The notes beneath the pieces are model-generated. The model was given only the letters and a program-made list of their open reading frames with translations. It had not been told where the DNA came from and made no database searches. Made by a program: the position numbers and the translations under genes. Positions 9,498 through 20,877 of a stretch of DNA of 64,000 nucleotides are shown in pieces. Origin of the DNA: an uncultured Gammaproteobacteria bacterium (GTDB taxonomy: Bacteria > Pseudomonadota > Gammaproteobacteria > JAJDYQ01); assembly GCA_942491945.1 (NCBI GenBank), contig CALODD010000037.1:67500-131499 (forward strand), given 5' to 3'. How positions within the stretch are numbered: position 1 is the stretch's first letter; each line of letters starts with the position of its first letter.

Positions 9498-10106
9498 TTG
9501 CTACGATCTACTATGTCAGCCAGCGACCTTAACCGTCTCCGCGAAGATATTCACTTCGAAACCACACTGTGTGAACAACCACTGAAATTCACCTCAACCT
9601 GGGGTATTTTTTCACCACGTGAGATCGATAGCGGCACCGACCTGTTGTTACGCTATCTCGAAGTTGATGCGGATAGCGATTGCCTGGACCTGGGCTGTGG
9701 CTATGGTCCTATCGGCATCACCATGGCCAGACTTGCGCCACAGGGTTCAACGCTAATGGTCGACAAGGACTTTATGGCCATTGAATATTCGAAAAAAAAT
9801 ATTGCGCAGAATCAGGTCAACAATGCACAGGCTCAGCTCAGCAACGGCTTTGATCATATTGATTCACAACGACGCTTTGATGTCATCGCTTCCAATATCC
9901 CGGCCAAAGTCGGTAAGGAACTGTTAACTCTTATATTGCACGATGGAAAACAGCGGCTCAATCCAGGGGGACGATTTTATGTTGTCACCGTGAATGGGCT
10001 ACGACAGTTTATGAAACGTTATATGACCGAGATCTTTGGTAACTATAAAAAGCTTAAACAGGGCAAGAATTATACCATCGCCTGCGCGACTCGAACTGAC
10101 GATTAA
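9498..10106 (+). CDS. Class I SAM-dependent methyltransferase (RsmC/RlmG-type small MTase domain)
   Basis: PREIDSGTDLLL, LDLGCGYGPIG (motif I) and NIPAKVG (NPPF-like motif IV). Confidence 0.65.
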   Translation: MLRSTMSASDLNRLREDIHFETTLCEQPLKFTSTWGIFSPREIDSGTDLLLRYLEVDADSDCLDLGCGYGPIGITMARLAPQGSTLMVDKDFMAIEYSKKNIAQNQVNNAQAQLSNGFDHIDSQRRFDVIASNIPAKVGKELLTLILHDGKQRLNPGGRFYVVTVNGLRQFMKRYMTEIFGNYKKLKQGKNYTIACATRTDD

Positions 10107-11461
10107 ACCAGACCTTCAGGTACATCTTCAGGGCTGATATCTTTTAAATGCCCAATAACCTGCGCACCATTATCAGGCCGATCCTCTGGTGACTTCGCCA
10201 ACAACACTTCGATAAGACCGTTCAATCCATCCCACTTATCAGTCAAAGCTGGGATCGGCTCACGTACATGCGCTGTAAATACCTGCAATGATGTCTTGCC
10301 TGTGAACGGGCGCTTACCTTCCAGCATTTCATACAGAATAACGCCCAGTGCGTACAGGTCGCAACGCTGATCAATCTTTCCGCCGACGGCCTGTTCAGGA
10401 CTAATGTAATACGGTGTACCGATGATCTGTCCTTCTTTCGTTAGATGCTTATCATGGCTATCAAAGGCCTTGGCAACACCAAAATCGACCAGCGCTAATG
10501 CGCCGTCTTCACGAAATAATATATTCGCTGGTTTTAAATCACGGTGCAGAATATTTAACTCATAAGCGGCCTGTAATCCTGCAGCGATTTGTGCCGCGTA
10601 CTGGATAGCTTCGGTCCGTGATACGCCTTCGCGAATTCTCGATTTTAAATCTCCACCTGGCAGGTATTCCATGACATTGTAAAAATATTCACCCTCAGCA
10701 ACATGCTCAAGAATTCGAACCACGTTCGGGTGATGAATTTCATTCAGTAATTCAAATTCCTGCGCAAATCGACGGGTTGAAACATCATCGATGAGCTGAT
10801 TATCCATTAGCTTTAGAGCATATAGCTGCTCGGATTGTCTGTGCCTGACTTTAAACACCGAAGCCGCACCTCCCATACCCAGATATTCCAGCACATCATA
10901 AGCACCCAGTCTGGCTTTACCTTCGGCGATCTCCAACATCGTGAACGGCCAGGTATTGTCCATCACCTCTTCGGGTAGCGTCAGCCATGCCCCAGAGAAC
11001 GGTGCATTAATTTGACTCATATCAGAAGGCTCGTCATCGACTTCCATGCTTTCTTTAGTGGCTTTCAATGTCGCAAGCCGCGCCAGTGATTCACGCAAGG
11101 TCTGGATATCCAGCATACTCATGGCCAGATAATCCAGCGCACCATGTCGCATCATCTCAGTGGATCGCTTCATGCTGTCTTTAAAGTCGATCACGATCAC
11201 TCGGCCAGCGATATCACTCTCGAGTTGCCCAAGAAAATCACTCGTAAACTCAAATTCCTTACCCGTCACCAGGAAAACAATATCGATAGAACTCAGGACT
11301 GAGGCGTTTAAATCTTGCAACGCCTGCCAGGAAAGACTGGTGGATGCAGAAAAAGCTTCGGTGAATAATGGTTCGAGCGCAGGCCGTAAACGAATATCAT
11401 CCAGCGCAATCAGCGCGGTATCAGCCTGCATGGCTGACATACGGTCATACTGCCCCGTCAC
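10103..11461 (-). CDS. Pseudo-receiver domain - Hanks-type Ser/Thr protein kinase
   Basis: Canonical HRDLKPANIL, DFGVAK and GTPYYISPE motifs. The N-terminal ~140 aa are REC-like but lack a clear acceptor Asp (IVFLVTGKEF). Confidence 0.8.
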   Translation of the reverse strand: MTGQYDRMSAMQADTALIALDDIRLRPALEPLFTEAFSASTSLSWQALQDLNASVLSSIDIVFLVTGKEFEFTSDFLGQLESDIAGRVIVIDFKDSMKRSTEMMRHGALDYLAMSMLDIQTLRESLARLATLKATKESMEVDDEPSDMSQINAPFSGAWLTLPEEVMDNTWPFTMLEIAEGKARLGAYDVLEYLGMGGAASVFKVRHRQSEQLYALKLMDNQLIDDVSTRRFAQEFELLNEIHHPNVVRILEHVAEGEYFYNVMEYLPGGDLKSRIREGVSRTEAIQYAAQIAAGLQAAYELNILHRDLKPANILFREDGALALVDFGVAKAFDSHDKHLTKEGQIIGTPYYISPEQAVGGKIDQRCDLYALGVILYEMLEGKRPFTGKTSLQVFTAHVREPIPALTDKWDGLNGLIEVLLAKSPEDRPDNGAQVIGHLKDISPEDVPEGLV

Positions 11462-11515
11462 GAAAATCTCCCTTATTAAATAAACTTAAAGTAGATCGTA
11501 CTGTAATTTTAGACC

Positions 11516-13519
11516 CTAACTGGCTTTAAGCAGTTTCTTTTCAATGGTATCTGGAATTGCCTGAGACAGCGCCTGAATCAAATCCTGTCCTGTGGCATAG
11601 CGATCTTCGCGTTCCTTTGCCAGTAAACAAGTGACTACATCATTCAATGGATCCTGTGGACTGGACAGTTGAGGCACTTCACCATTGACGTGCAGCCGCA
11701 TGATCTCGAGCGAAGATTCACCTCGATAAGGACGAACACGTTCCAGCATTTCATACAGAATGACACCAAGGGCATACAAATCACTACGCCCATCTAGCTG
11801 ACTTCCCACGGCCTGCTCTGGGCTCACGTAATGCGGTGTTCCAACGACCTGTCCTGAAAACGTTAGAGTCGTTTGTCCTTCAGCCATCAGTTTAGCTATA
11901 CCAAAATCAAGAATCGCCAGTTCACCATTGTCTCGAAACATAATATTAGAGGGCTTTAAATCACGATGCAGAATGTTCTTTTGGTGAGCTGCGTGCAGCG
12001 CTGAAGCAATCTGAGCTGTAAACCGAACCACATCCTGTCGATCAATACCTTCTTTGATGCGATCTTTCAGATCACCACCCGGAAAATATTCCATGATTGA
12101 ATAAGCACTATTCTGATATTGAGCAAGGTCACGAATTTTAACGACATGTTCGTGATTGACTTCTTCAATCAACTGATAACCACGCAAGAAGCGTTTCTGC
12201 CCCTGCTGATCACTGGTATCCATATCAAACAACTTCATAGCAGACAGTTGTTGTGTATCCTGGTGCTTCACTTTAAATACTGATGCTGTGCCCCCTACTG
12301 CAACAAACTCAATCACATCATAATTATTCAGTGAAGCTTTACCCGCTTCAATATCTGCAGGCGTAAAGGGCCAGCGCTGCCCCATACTAAATTCCACAGC
12401 CTTACCGTGATGTTCAGGTAGCTCGGCCTGCTCCGCCACATTATCACGTTCAAGAATAGACATCAGACCGGTAGTAATAAACGACGCCTCCGACGGTCGA
12501 TCGTTTAGTTCAATTTCCGGTTCATAGGCGTCCATCTCACCGGTATAACCAGTCTCAACATATGGCTGTGATTTGCCTTCGCGCAATTTATTCGGCACAT
12601 CATGTTCATCGGTATTACGTTCTACGATATCGATTAAACCGGGTGTTATAAATGACGCTTCAGATGGTTCATCTATTTCATATTCATCGTCATCATTGGC
12701 GGCCAGACTGTCATTAATATCCGTGGCCTCGAGGCTTTCAGCACGATATACCCGGTCATCCGGTAACTCGCTGACGCCGTAGGCCTGATTGTTCAGGCTG
12801 TGATCTTCCAGCTCATTAGTAACGACAGGTTCAAGCGTGGTGGGATCCAGCCTTGGCAACACCTCGGTAGGCTCATCGGTCATGCCGTCATCTTCCGGCA
12901 GTGCATCGAACCTGATTGGTTCGGCAGTTTTCGTAGACTCGGTAATTGGTCGAACTTCAGGTAACAGATCGGTGGTGGGTTCTGGCTCTGAGGCAGGTTC
13001 TACAATATTTTCTTTCGCGGCTTCTACTGGCTCCACGGATATGGGCTGGGCTTCACTGACATTTTCATCTTGCTGAGCCTTGACTGGTTGAGGAAAACGT
13101 TCTTCACGAAGATTAGCCGCCATCAGCAAGGCACGTGTTAATCGTTGTGCGCTAACTTTGGTGATATCAATATAATCAGCGCCGCCTGCACGAACCATAT
13201 CACCGGCATCATCGACCGTTGCTGACCGATCCAGAAAAATGGCCATCGGCAACGAAACCTGAGTGATCAAATCGAAATACCAGCTACGTATTGCTGGCTT
13301 ATTTTCGGACATATCGACAATGACCAGATCGACTTCAGACCAGTCATAGTCGTGCTCTGGCAATCCCTGCTCGAATGGATCAATGGCCGAAAACTGCGGC
13401 TTATCTAACAGGCGCAATAACGCCACGGCCAAACCTCGGCGATATTTCACCACTGACCCAATCACAAGAATGCGTTTAAACCCGCAATCCGCAAGATTGT
13501 CGATCATTTCCACAGCCAT
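11516..13519 (-). CDS. Receiver-like domain - acidic repeat linker - Hanks-type Ser/Thr protein kinase
   Basis: HRDLKPSNIM, DFGIAK and GTPHYVSPE motifs. N-terminal REC-like domain (VDLVIVDMSE). An internal ~35-aa repeat (..PSEASFITPGLIDIVERN.. and ..PSEASFITTGLMSILERD..). Confidence 0.8.
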   Translation of the reverse strand: MAVEMIDNLADCGFKRILVIGSVVKYRRGLAVALLRLLDKPQFSAIDPFEQGLPEHDYDWSEVDLVIVDMSENKPAIRSWYFDLITQVSLPMAIFLDRSATVDDAGDMVRAGGADYIDITKVSAQRLTRALLMAANLREERFPQPVKAQQDENVSEAQPISVEPVEAAKENIVEPASEPEPTTDLLPEVRPITESTKTAEPIRFDALPEDDGMTDEPTEVLPRLDPTTLEPVVTNELEDHSLNNQAYGVSELPDDRVYRAESLEATDINDSLAANDDDEYEIDEPSEASFITPGLIDIVERNTDEHDVPNKLREGKSQPYVETGYTGEMDAYEPEIELNDRPSEASFITTGLMSILERDNVAEQAELPEHHGKAVEFSMGQRWPFTPADIEAGKASLNNYDVIEFVAVGGTASVFKVKHQDTQQLSAMKLFDMDTSDQQGQKRFLRGYQLIEEVNHEHVVKIRDLAQYQNSAYSIMEYFPGGDLKDRIKEGIDRQDVVRFTAQIASALHAAHQKNILHRDLKPSNIMFRDNGELAILDFGIAKLMAEGQTTLTFSGQVVGTPHYVSPEQAVGSQLDGRSDLYALGVILYEMLERVRPYRGESSLEIMRLHVNGEVPQLSSPQDPLNDVVTCLLAKEREDRYATGQDLIQALSQAIPDTIEKKLLKAS

Positions 13520-13653
13520 CCCTCTTATATTTATGGTTATATCCTGTACTAAATACAGGGTTATTTTTATATGGACATGAGGATAGCAATAATTTCAGGG
13601 TGGGTATAGGAAACGAGTCACATTAACAGCGCCCATACCCCCTGTTATGATAC

Positions 13654-14109
13654 GTGGCCCTAAACCCTTTCCGATCTGAAATGCTGAAACAAACCGAATC
13701 ATTTGCCGCAGGTGAAAGCCTGCCCTGGACTGACGTCATAGACCAGCTACCATTCAATGCCGATGGCCTTTTACCCGCGATTGCCCAGCAATTCGACAGC
13801 AAGGAGGTACTGATGATGGCCTGGATGAATCGAGAGTCACTTCAAGAGACGATTGAGACCAGTCGGGTCTGTTATTTTTCCAGATCACGACAAAAACTCT
13901 GGCGTAAAGGCGAGTCATCGGGCCAGGTACAACTACTAAAAGAAATCCGCCTCGACTGTGATGGCGATACGATTTTATTGCTGGTGGACCAGACTGGCCC
14001 CGCCTGCCATACCGGCCGTAAAAGCTGTTTTTACAATCTGGTGGCAGACGACAAGGTCACGGTCGATAAAGAACCGTTGATCGACCCAAAAGAACTGTAC
14101 GGAAAATAA
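13654..14109 (+). CDS. hisI: Phosphoribosyl-AMP cyclohydrolase HisI
   Basis: The [15 protein letters not shown] motif. 151 aa. Confidence 0.85.
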   Translation: MALNPFRSEMLKQTESFAAGESLPWTDVIDQLPFNADGLLPAIAQQFDSKEVLMMAWMNRESLQETIETSRVCYFSRSRQKLWRKGESSGQVQLLKEIRLDCDGDTILLLVDQTGPACHTGRKSCFYNLVADDKVTVDKEPLIDPKELYGK

Positions 14110-14137
14110 TTGCGCAGGACGCGCTTAGGAAACCTCC

Positions 14138-15517
14138 ATGGCTTTACACATCCATAACACCCTGACACGGTCTAAAGAAGTATTCACACCGATCGATCCC
14201 GAACGGATCACCATGTATGTCTGTGGCCCGACGGTGTACAACTATGTGCATATCGGTAATGCACGACCTGCCGTGGTATTCGATGTGCTATTTCGCTTGC
14301 TACAGAAACTATACCCACAGGTGATTTATGCACGCAACATCACCGATGTCGATGACAAGATTATGAATGCCGCCAAAGAACAGGGCGTCAGCATTGAAGA
14401 AATCACCACGCGTTATACCGAGGCTTATCACCAGGACATGAAAGACCTCGGCGTACTCGAGCCCACCATTGAACCGTTTGCGACCGGACACATCGATCCG
14501 ATGCTGAACATGATTCAACAACTCATCGACAAAGATCACGCTTATGAAGCCGATGGCAATGTCATGTTTAAAGTTGGCTCAATGGAAGAATATGGAAAAC
14601 TCTCGGGCCGCGATCAGGAAGACATGATGGCTGGCGCGCGGGTCGATGTTGCCGACTACAAAGACAACCCAAATGACTTTGTATTATGGAAGCCATCAGA
14701 TGATGATCAACCTGGCTGGGACAGCCCCTGGGGTCGTGGACGACCGGGCTGGCATCTGGAATGCTCTGCCATGATCGAAACCCATCTCGGTGAAGTCATT
14801 GATATTCACGGTGGTGGTCAGGACCTCATCTTCCCGCACCACGAGAACGAAATCGCCCAGGGACGCTGCGCCCACGATACCGACGGTTATGTTAATTACT
14901 GGATGCATAACGGCTATCTCACCATTGATGGTGAAAAAATGTCGAAGTCACTCGGCAACTTTCTGACCATTCACGATGCGTTGAAAAATGCGCCGGGTGA
15001 GTCACTGCGATATGCCCTGCTGAGTGCGCAATACCGTCAACCTCTGGACTGGTCAGAAGAAACGCTGAAACAGGCTCGTGCCAGTATCGACCGACTGTAT
15101 AACGCTTTGCGTAAAGTACAGGATATCGAACCTGCGCCAACCGACACACCGCAAGAGGTTATTGATGCACTGGAAGATGACCTGAATACCCCCATCGCGT
15201 TATCCCATTTGCATGACCTTGCCACCCAGTTGAACAAAGCAAAAAATGATGGCGTAAAGGCACAGCTCAAAGCACAGCTACTTGCTGGTGGCGCGATAAT
15301 GGGAATACTTTTACTGAATCCTGAAGACTGGTTCCGCTGGCAACCGGCAGATAATGACGGTCTCAGTGATGACGATATAGATACGCTGATTCAGGAACGA
15401 CGTGATGCGCGCTCGAACAAAGACTTCCAGCGTGCCGATGAAATTCGTGGCCAATTGACTGAAGCGGGTATTGAACTCGAAGACAACCCTGATGGCACCA
15501 TCTGGCGTCGTACTTAA
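14138..15517 (+). CDS. cysS: Cysteine--tRNA ligase
   Basis: HIGNARP (HIGH) and KMSKSLGN (KMSKS) motifs. 459 aa. Confidence 0.92.
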   Translation: MALHIHNTLTRSKEVFTPIDPERITMYVCGPTVYNYVHIGNARPAVVFDVLFRLLQKLYPQVIYARNITDVDDKIMNAAKEQGVSIEEITTRYTEAYHQDMKDLGVLEPTIEPFATGHIDPMLNMIQQLIDKDHAYEADGNVMFKVGSMEEYGKLSGRDQEDMMAGARVDVADYKDNPNDFVLWKPSDDDQPGWDSPWGRGRPGWHLECSAMIETHLGEVIDIHGGGQDLIFPHHENEIAQGRCAHDTDGYVNYWMHNGYLTIDGEKMSKSLGNFLTIHDALKNAPGESLRYALLSAQYRQPLDWSEETLKQARASIDRLYNALRKVQDIEPAPTDTPQEVIDALEDDLNTPIALSHLHDLATQLNKAKNDGVKAQLKAQLLAGGAIMGILLLNPEDWFRWQPADNDGLSDDDIDTLIQERRDARSNKDFQRADEIRGQLTEAGIELEDNPDGTIWRRT

Positions 15518-15537
15518 TTCCAAAGTCATAGACGTTC

Positions 15538-16458
15538 ATGGAACTCACGCTATGCATGATCGTCAAGGACGAAGAAGACAATATCGCTGACTGTCTGCGA
15601 CCGATACACGATCTGGTCAGTGATATTCAAATTATTGATACGGGATCGAGTGATCGTACGGTCGAAATCCTGCAGGGTGAGTTCAATATACACCCACGCA
15701 CTATCCTATTAAGAGACCGACATTGCTTTAGCTTTGGTGGTGCACGAACACTCTGTTTCCAACAGGCAAAAACAGACTGGATAATGCTGCTGGACGCCGA
15801 TGAAAGAATCGAACGAGGAGAATTAGAACAACTCATCGAATACCCGATGCCACAGAAAACTCATGGCTTGTTTGTGAGATGGGTCACACAGACTAAAAGC
15901 CACACGATTGAAGATTACAAACTTCCAATCTTCTCGAAAGATACCCGACACCGCGGTCGCATGCATGACACTGCTCAACCTGACTTCAGAAAGAAAGGTC
16001 GTATTGCAAAATGGTATAACGATTTAACTATCAGTCATTTTCCCAAAGAATCCAGCCGAGCCGACAAATCTAACTGGCGCTTAAAAGTCATGTCCTGCGG
16101 TTTACGCTATTCACCAAAATGGTATCGACATAGCTGGTTTCTCGGATACACCTATTACAAGGACAATGATTTAGACAATGCCCTGCAGCATCTACAACGT
16201 TGCGCTAATTCTAATTCTGAACGTTTTCCTGTTGAGCGTATAAATAGCCTGATGGTAATGACAGAAATTTATGCGCAGCAGAATGACATGATGTTAGCTA
16301 GTGCCTCTTTAAATAAGGCATTACAACTATATTTATCACATGAAAATGATTTTGAAGTAAGCATCAATTTTCGAATGAAACACTGGCTATACCTAACATC
16401 ACAATATCTAACTCATGGTGAGTTACACCATATCAAAGCCTATGAGTTTTCGTACTAA
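15538..16458 (+). CDS. Family 2 glycosyltransferase with C-terminal TPR-like helical region
   Basis: MIVKDEEDNI...DTGSSDRT...LDADE, typical GT2 DxD-type N-terminus. Confidence 0.6.
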   Translation: MELTLCMIVKDEEDNIADCLRPIHDLVSDIQIIDTGSSDRTVEILQGEFNIHPRTILLRDRHCFSFGGARTLCFQQAKTDWIMLLDADERIERGELEQLIEYPMPQKTHGLFVRWVTQTKSHTIEDYKLPIFSKDTRHRGRMHDTAQPDFRKKGRIAKWYNDLTISHFPKESSRADKSNWRLKVMSCGLRYSPKWYRHSWFLGYTYYKDNDLDNALQHLQRCANSNSERFPVERINSLMVMTEIYAQQNDMMLASASLNKALQLYLSHENDFEVSINFRMKHWLYLTSQYLTHGELHHIKAYEFSY

Positions 16459-17849
16459 GACATCAACTCCGACCTGAAATCCTCATACTTGCCTGCGGCG
16501 CTGCGCGGTACGTCAGAAACCTGATTTACCTTAATCGTCATTCCCGGCAAGTCCTGTTCAAACATTCTCTGGAGCTGCATCTGCTCAGTATTTGTCAGCT
16601 CTCGTGTACAAACAAGATCAGCACGAACAAGATCGTATTGCTGCTGCACAATTTGAAATTGTTTCACTGGTGCAATACCACGCAGCCGAGGTTCATTAAT
16701 CAAAGGCCAGAATGACGTACCATCTTCTCGGAGAAATATATTCCTGTATCGACCCATGATTTTGTTGAGTACTTTTAGACCACGTCCACAGGAACATGGT
16801 GTATGCCCAACTTCAGCCAGATCACCGATTTCATAACGTATTAATGGCATAGAAAAATTATGTAGATCTGTTACCACGACTTTACCCGTTTCGCCCGGTG
16901 CGCAAGGCTGGCCTTGCTCGTTCAATACTTCCATAAACACATCTTCTTCCATAATATGATAATGACTATGTTCCGGACACTGGAGTGCCAGATAGCCAAC
17001 TTCCCCACAACTATAGCCATCGACTAAATCCATACCAAGCACTTGCCTCGACAGTTCCCTCAAACCCTCAGGAATCTGTTCACTAAACGTCATGACCTGT
17101 TTTAACTTAGGTGCGTTATTATTTTCCTGCCAGTAATAAAGCAAGGTTTTTAGATTAGAGGGGTAGGTCAGTAAGTAATCAATAGATTCCGCTTTAATCC
17201 ACTCTGTCTGATGCGCGACATCGGCATAAATACTCAAGCTGGCAGCTTCGCCCGTCACGAATACTCGAGCTGCCGCTTCCCCCCAACGATCATGACTGTA
17301 CGCCGTCGGATGATCGCCATCATGAAAATCCGTATAGCGAATTGCACCAAATTTTGCATGCAAATCCCGCTCATGCCATAGATGACCTCGCAAGGTCATG
17401 GCTTGCCAGAACATATCGGTTAACTGGTTTTTTATAGAATAGACCGGCATCCCGGTTGAACCAGAGCTATGACTGAAAATTGATAGACCATGCTGGCGAG
17501 ATGGGAAAGCACTTAGCAGTTCTTTCTGATGGTGTTGTAGCTGTTCTCGAGTCAGAACAGGTAACTGCAACCAACGGTCCATTGATAGTGGAAAATTAAA
17601 ACTTAGATTCAGCTCTCGATAATGCTGCTGATAAAAAGGTACTGTATCTACTGCGTGTTCCAGCAGGTGTTCAAGCTGAAATAATTGCAACGTCTGTATT
17701 TCACTGGCTGACAACCATTGGCTTTTTTCGAGTTGATATTGCACCGAAGCCATCGCATTCGCCTGATCACTCTGCTGCACGGGCCAGACGATACCTGGGA
17801 CATGTAACTCATCACTTCGAAACGTATGATTCAAATCAGGCAACCGCAC
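16455..17849 (-). CDS. PaaK/CapK/F390-synthetase-like adenylate-forming enzyme (paralog 1)
   Basis: SSGSTGMPV P-loop and YSCGEVGY. The C-terminus GKYEDFRSEL is shared with the paralogs. Overlaps the next gene by 14 nt. Confidence 0.65.
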   Translation of the reverse strand: MRLPDLNHTFRSDELHVPGIVWPVQQSDQANAMASVQYQLEKSQWLSASEIQTLQLFQLEHLLEHAVDTVPFYQQHYRELNLSFNFPLSMDRWLQLPVLTREQLQHHQKELLSAFPSRQHGLSIFSHSSGSTGMPVYSIKNQLTDMFWQAMTLRGHLWHERDLHAKFGAIRYTDFHDGDHPTAYSHDRWGEAAARVFVTGEAASLSIYADVAHQTEWIKAESIDYLLTYPSNLKTLLYYWQENNNAPKLKQVMTFSEQIPEGLRELSRQVLGMDLVDGYSCGEVGYLALQCPEHSHYHIMEEDVFMEVLNEQGQPCAPGETGKVVVTDLHNFSMPLIRYEIGDLAEVGHTPCSCGRGLKVLNKIMGRYRNIFLREDGTSFWPLINEPRLRGIAPVKQFQIVQQQYDLVRADLVCTRELTNTEQMQLQRMFEQDLPGMTIKVNQVSDVPRSAAGKYEDFRSELMS

Positions 17850-19407
17850 TCGACTTTCTTATAAATTCAATCGGTACACCATCCATATACTCGGGAACAG
17901 GCTGCCCCATCAAATCGAGCAGTGTTGCAGTCAGATTGATCGCATGTGTTTCAGGCAGGCGCTGGCCTTGCGGAATGGACTGACCGGAAAACAGGGCAAA
18001 GCCATACGGACGATGTCCACCCGTTCTGAAGTAAGGCACTGGGCCAATCAGACCGGCATTTTCATCACGCACACTATCGAAAGGCTGTTGGTCATTCCAT
18101 TGCACGATTAAATCGGCATCTGGTAACCCAGATTGACCAAGCTGCTTGCTAGTTCTGGTTCGAACAATATTTTTAACAACTGACTGTCCTGAACGACCAT
18201 CCTTCAGCTGCGACACTTGTGAAGCAAGCTGATCACAATAGTCATCGTACTGTTCTGCTGAAATCATGCCATCGCGCTCACGCCCTTCAAGATTGATTCG
18301 TATGTACCCATCGGAATAACTCGGTAAGGCAAATGCCGACATCTGAGACCAGACCGTTCGATACCAGTTCGCTGGCATCCAGTCGAGCAGATCCTGACGA
18401 GCAATCTGCTCATCCGGTGATTCAAGTTTGTGGCCCGCCTTGTCAGACAATCGCCGCCACATCTCATATTTCCAGTGCAGCGGGAAGTTATAATCCAGCC
18501 CATCCTGATAAAATTTATCGGGGTCACCCAACGCCATTTCGCCGGGGAATGCCCAGCGATACATCGACTCAGGTAACAGCAACATGCTTGAGACATCCAT
18601 CACATTCGCCTGCATGCCATGAATAGAAAATACTGCGATGGTTGTCGAGTCATCGGCATCATCCATCAACTTACCGATCAGTTCATCACTGCGGATATAA
18701 ATATCCCTGACCCCCTGCTCACTCTCATCAGAATCATTCAATGGGTAATCCAGCCCCAGATGCCAGAGCGAGTGCCCTGCAGGGTGTGTTTCACCAATCG
18801 CACATAGAAACAAATCCCAGTCATCACTCTGGTAAGTTTCCATGAAGAGTTGTTCACGCATATCCAGCCCCTGCATGAACTCCTGCTTTAATACCGCCAG
18901 TTCCTCTCGGTCATAGCAGTTACGATGATCCCGCATCAAGGTCGGATGACAGCCAATCCGTTCACGAACATCGGCCAGCCAGTCGGCTGGTATCGACTCA
19001 CTGGGTGCCTGTGGTGAATGCGCACCCCAGCCAATCAATTGCTTTCCATTGACATCAACATGTGGACGACTATGCGGCATATCCATCACAGCCACTTTGG
19101 CTTTGTCACCCAGGGCATAAAACGGTGCGATATCTTTAAAATCATTCGCACCGGATTCAGTTGCTGTATATGTCTCAGGATCATAGGTCAGCATGCCCCA
19201 GTAACCACTGGTTTCCGGTAGACAACCAGTCAGAAAGTTAGTCCAGGGCGTTTCTGATTGGTAGATTTCCATATTACGCAAGGGTACGTAACTACCCTGC
19301 TCAGCTAATCGGGAAAGATTCGGCAGATAACCATCGGTCATCCAACGCTCAACTAACAGCGAATCTGCCGCATCAATCGCAATCGCTAGTAAACGGGATT
19401 TCCTCAT
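17836..19407 (-). CDS. Type I phosphodiesterase/nucleotide pyrophosphatase (alkaline-phosphatase superfamily) protein
   Basis: The N-terminus AIDAADSLLVERWMTDGYLPNLSRL and SETPWTNFLTG (putative Thr nucleophile) resemble the NPP/AlkP core. It is coupled by 4-nt and 14-nt overlaps to the flanking PaaK-like genes. Confidence 0.55.
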   Translation of the reverse strand: MRKSRLLAIAIDAADSLLVERWMTDGYLPNLSRLAEQGSYVPLRNMEIYQSETPWTNFLTGCLPETSGYWGMLTYDPETYTATESGANDFKDIAPFYALGDKAKVAVMDMPHSRPHVDVNGKQLIGWGAHSPQAPSESIPADWLADVRERIGCHPTLMRDHRNCYDREELAVLKQEFMQGLDMREQLFMETYQSDDWDLFLCAIGETHPAGHSLWHLGLDYPLNDSDESEQGVRDIYIRSDELIGKLMDDADDSTTIAVFSIHGMQANVMDVSSMLLLPESMYRWAFPGEMALGDPDKFYQDGLDYNFPLHWKYEMWRRLSDKAGHKLESPDEQIARQDLLDWMPANWYRTVWSQMSAFALPSYSDGYIRINLEGRERDGMISAEQYDDYCDQLASQVSQLKDGRSGQSVVKNIVRTRTSKQLGQSGLPDADLIVQWNDQQPFDSVRDENAGLIGPVPYFRTGGHRPYGFALFSGQSIPQGQRLPETHAINLTATLLDLMGQPVPEYMDGVPIEFIRKSSAVA

Positions 19408-20789
19408 AGCTCTGATTTGAAATCCTCGTATTTCCCCGTTGGGGATCGTTCAATTTCATCCGGATAGACAAAACGAAATTCAAACGCATGCCGTAATTCT
19501 TTCGTCAGCATGTCACTGATGGTTTGCTGCTCATTCGTATTCAGCTCTCGGTCAGCGACCAGACGTACCTCGATCACTTCTGATTCGATCTGAGCGAGTT
19601 GTAACTGCGTCACTGGCGCGATCTCCGTAATACGTCGCGTTGAAAAGACCGGCCAGTGCGAGGAACCATCTGGTAGCTTCAACATATTCCTGGTACGACC
19701 CAGAATACGTTTCAGGGTTAGCGACCCTCGACCACAGGCACAGGGCTCTCCCACCTCAGCGTAATCTCCAATTTCATAACGAATCAGAGGCATCGCAAAA
19801 TTATGCAATGGGGTGACGACGACTCGCCCTGTTTCTCTGCTCTTACAGGGCTGATATTCGTCATTTAAGACTTCGACAAGCATCGTTTCAGAACAAACGT
19901 GATAACTACCATGCTCAGGACATTGGAAAGCAATATTTCCAACTTCCATTGCGCTGTAAATATCGGCAATCGATGTATCAAAAACTTTCTCGCAATAAGC
20001 TCGGTCCTCAGCAGTTAAGACTTCGCCAATCGTACGAATTTGTTCAATCGATTGTAGTTCTGCATCAGATTGATCCATCAACTCCGCGAGCGCTCTCAGA
20101 TTCGAGGGATAAGTTAATAGATAATCAGGTTGCTCATCCAACAGCCAACGCAGCTGATCGGCAACATCACATTCTATGCTCAGCATGACGGTCATACCGC
20201 CGGAGTAGACTTCATCAATCGGGTGGCCCCAACCGGCAGAGCGTATGCCAGGCGGTGACCGGGCTTCCTCACTATCACCGGTATAGCGAATCGATGCGAG
20301 TTTTTTACGATGATTCCGTCCATGCCATTCATGTTCTCGTAAAGTCTGCGCGTACCACATAAATTGCTGCATATCGGTGACATAGACATTGACTGGCAAA
20401 CCTGTTGAACCGGATGAGCCTGTTTCAAGGATATCGCCATGCTCTTTCGGTATTGCCGTACTGGTCAAATCGGCTGAGTGCCGCTGTAAAGCCCAGCGTT
20501 GAAGTACGGGGATAGACTGCCATTCATCGATACTAATACCCGGCCGGGAGAGATTGATACGTTGTAATTCGGATAGACTTCGATAGTAGGATACCGTCCG
20601 AATCGCATGATCCAGTAAGGCATGAAGTTGTTTTAGCTGTTGTTGCTGAATTTCACCACAGCTAAGCCGTTCAGACTGGCTAAACTGGAACTGCATAGAT
20701 AGCAGGGAGGCGGCCGTTGGTGAGGGTAAAGCCGGCCACATAACACCCTGCAATGTGGAGTCAGCGACTACCGGTGGCATTTCCATCAT
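19404..20789 (-). CDS. PaaK/CapK/F390-synthetase-like adenylate-forming enzyme (paralog 2)
   Basis: SSGSTGLPV P-loop and C-terminal GKYEDFKSEL. Confidence 0.65.
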   Translation of the reverse strand: MMEMPPVVADSTLQGVMWPALPSPTAASLLSMQFQFSQSERLSCGEIQQQQLKQLHALLDHAIRTVSYYRSLSELQRINLSRPGISIDEWQSIPVLQRWALQRHSADLTSTAIPKEHGDILETGSSGSTGLPVNVYVTDMQQFMWYAQTLREHEWHGRNHRKKLASIRYTGDSEEARSPPGIRSAGWGHPIDEVYSGGMTVMLSIECDVADQLRWLLDEQPDYLLTYPSNLRALAELMDQSDAELQSIEQIRTIGEVLTAEDRAYCEKVFDTSIADIYSAMEVGNIAFQCPEHGSYHVCSETMLVEVLNDEYQPCKSRETGRVVVTPLHNFAMPLIRYEIGDYAEVGEPCACGRGSLTLKRILGRTRNMLKLPDGSSHWPVFSTRRITEIAPVTQLQLAQIESEVIEVRLVADRELNTNEQQTISDMLTKELRHAFEFRFVYPDEIERSPTGKYEDFKSEL

Positions 20790-20877
20790 TGCTAACCCAA
20801 ATAAAATCCGCCGGGAATTACCTGCTATTGGGAATCAAAGCATCATGAGTCCCGACGATTGCATAATTAGCGATCTA

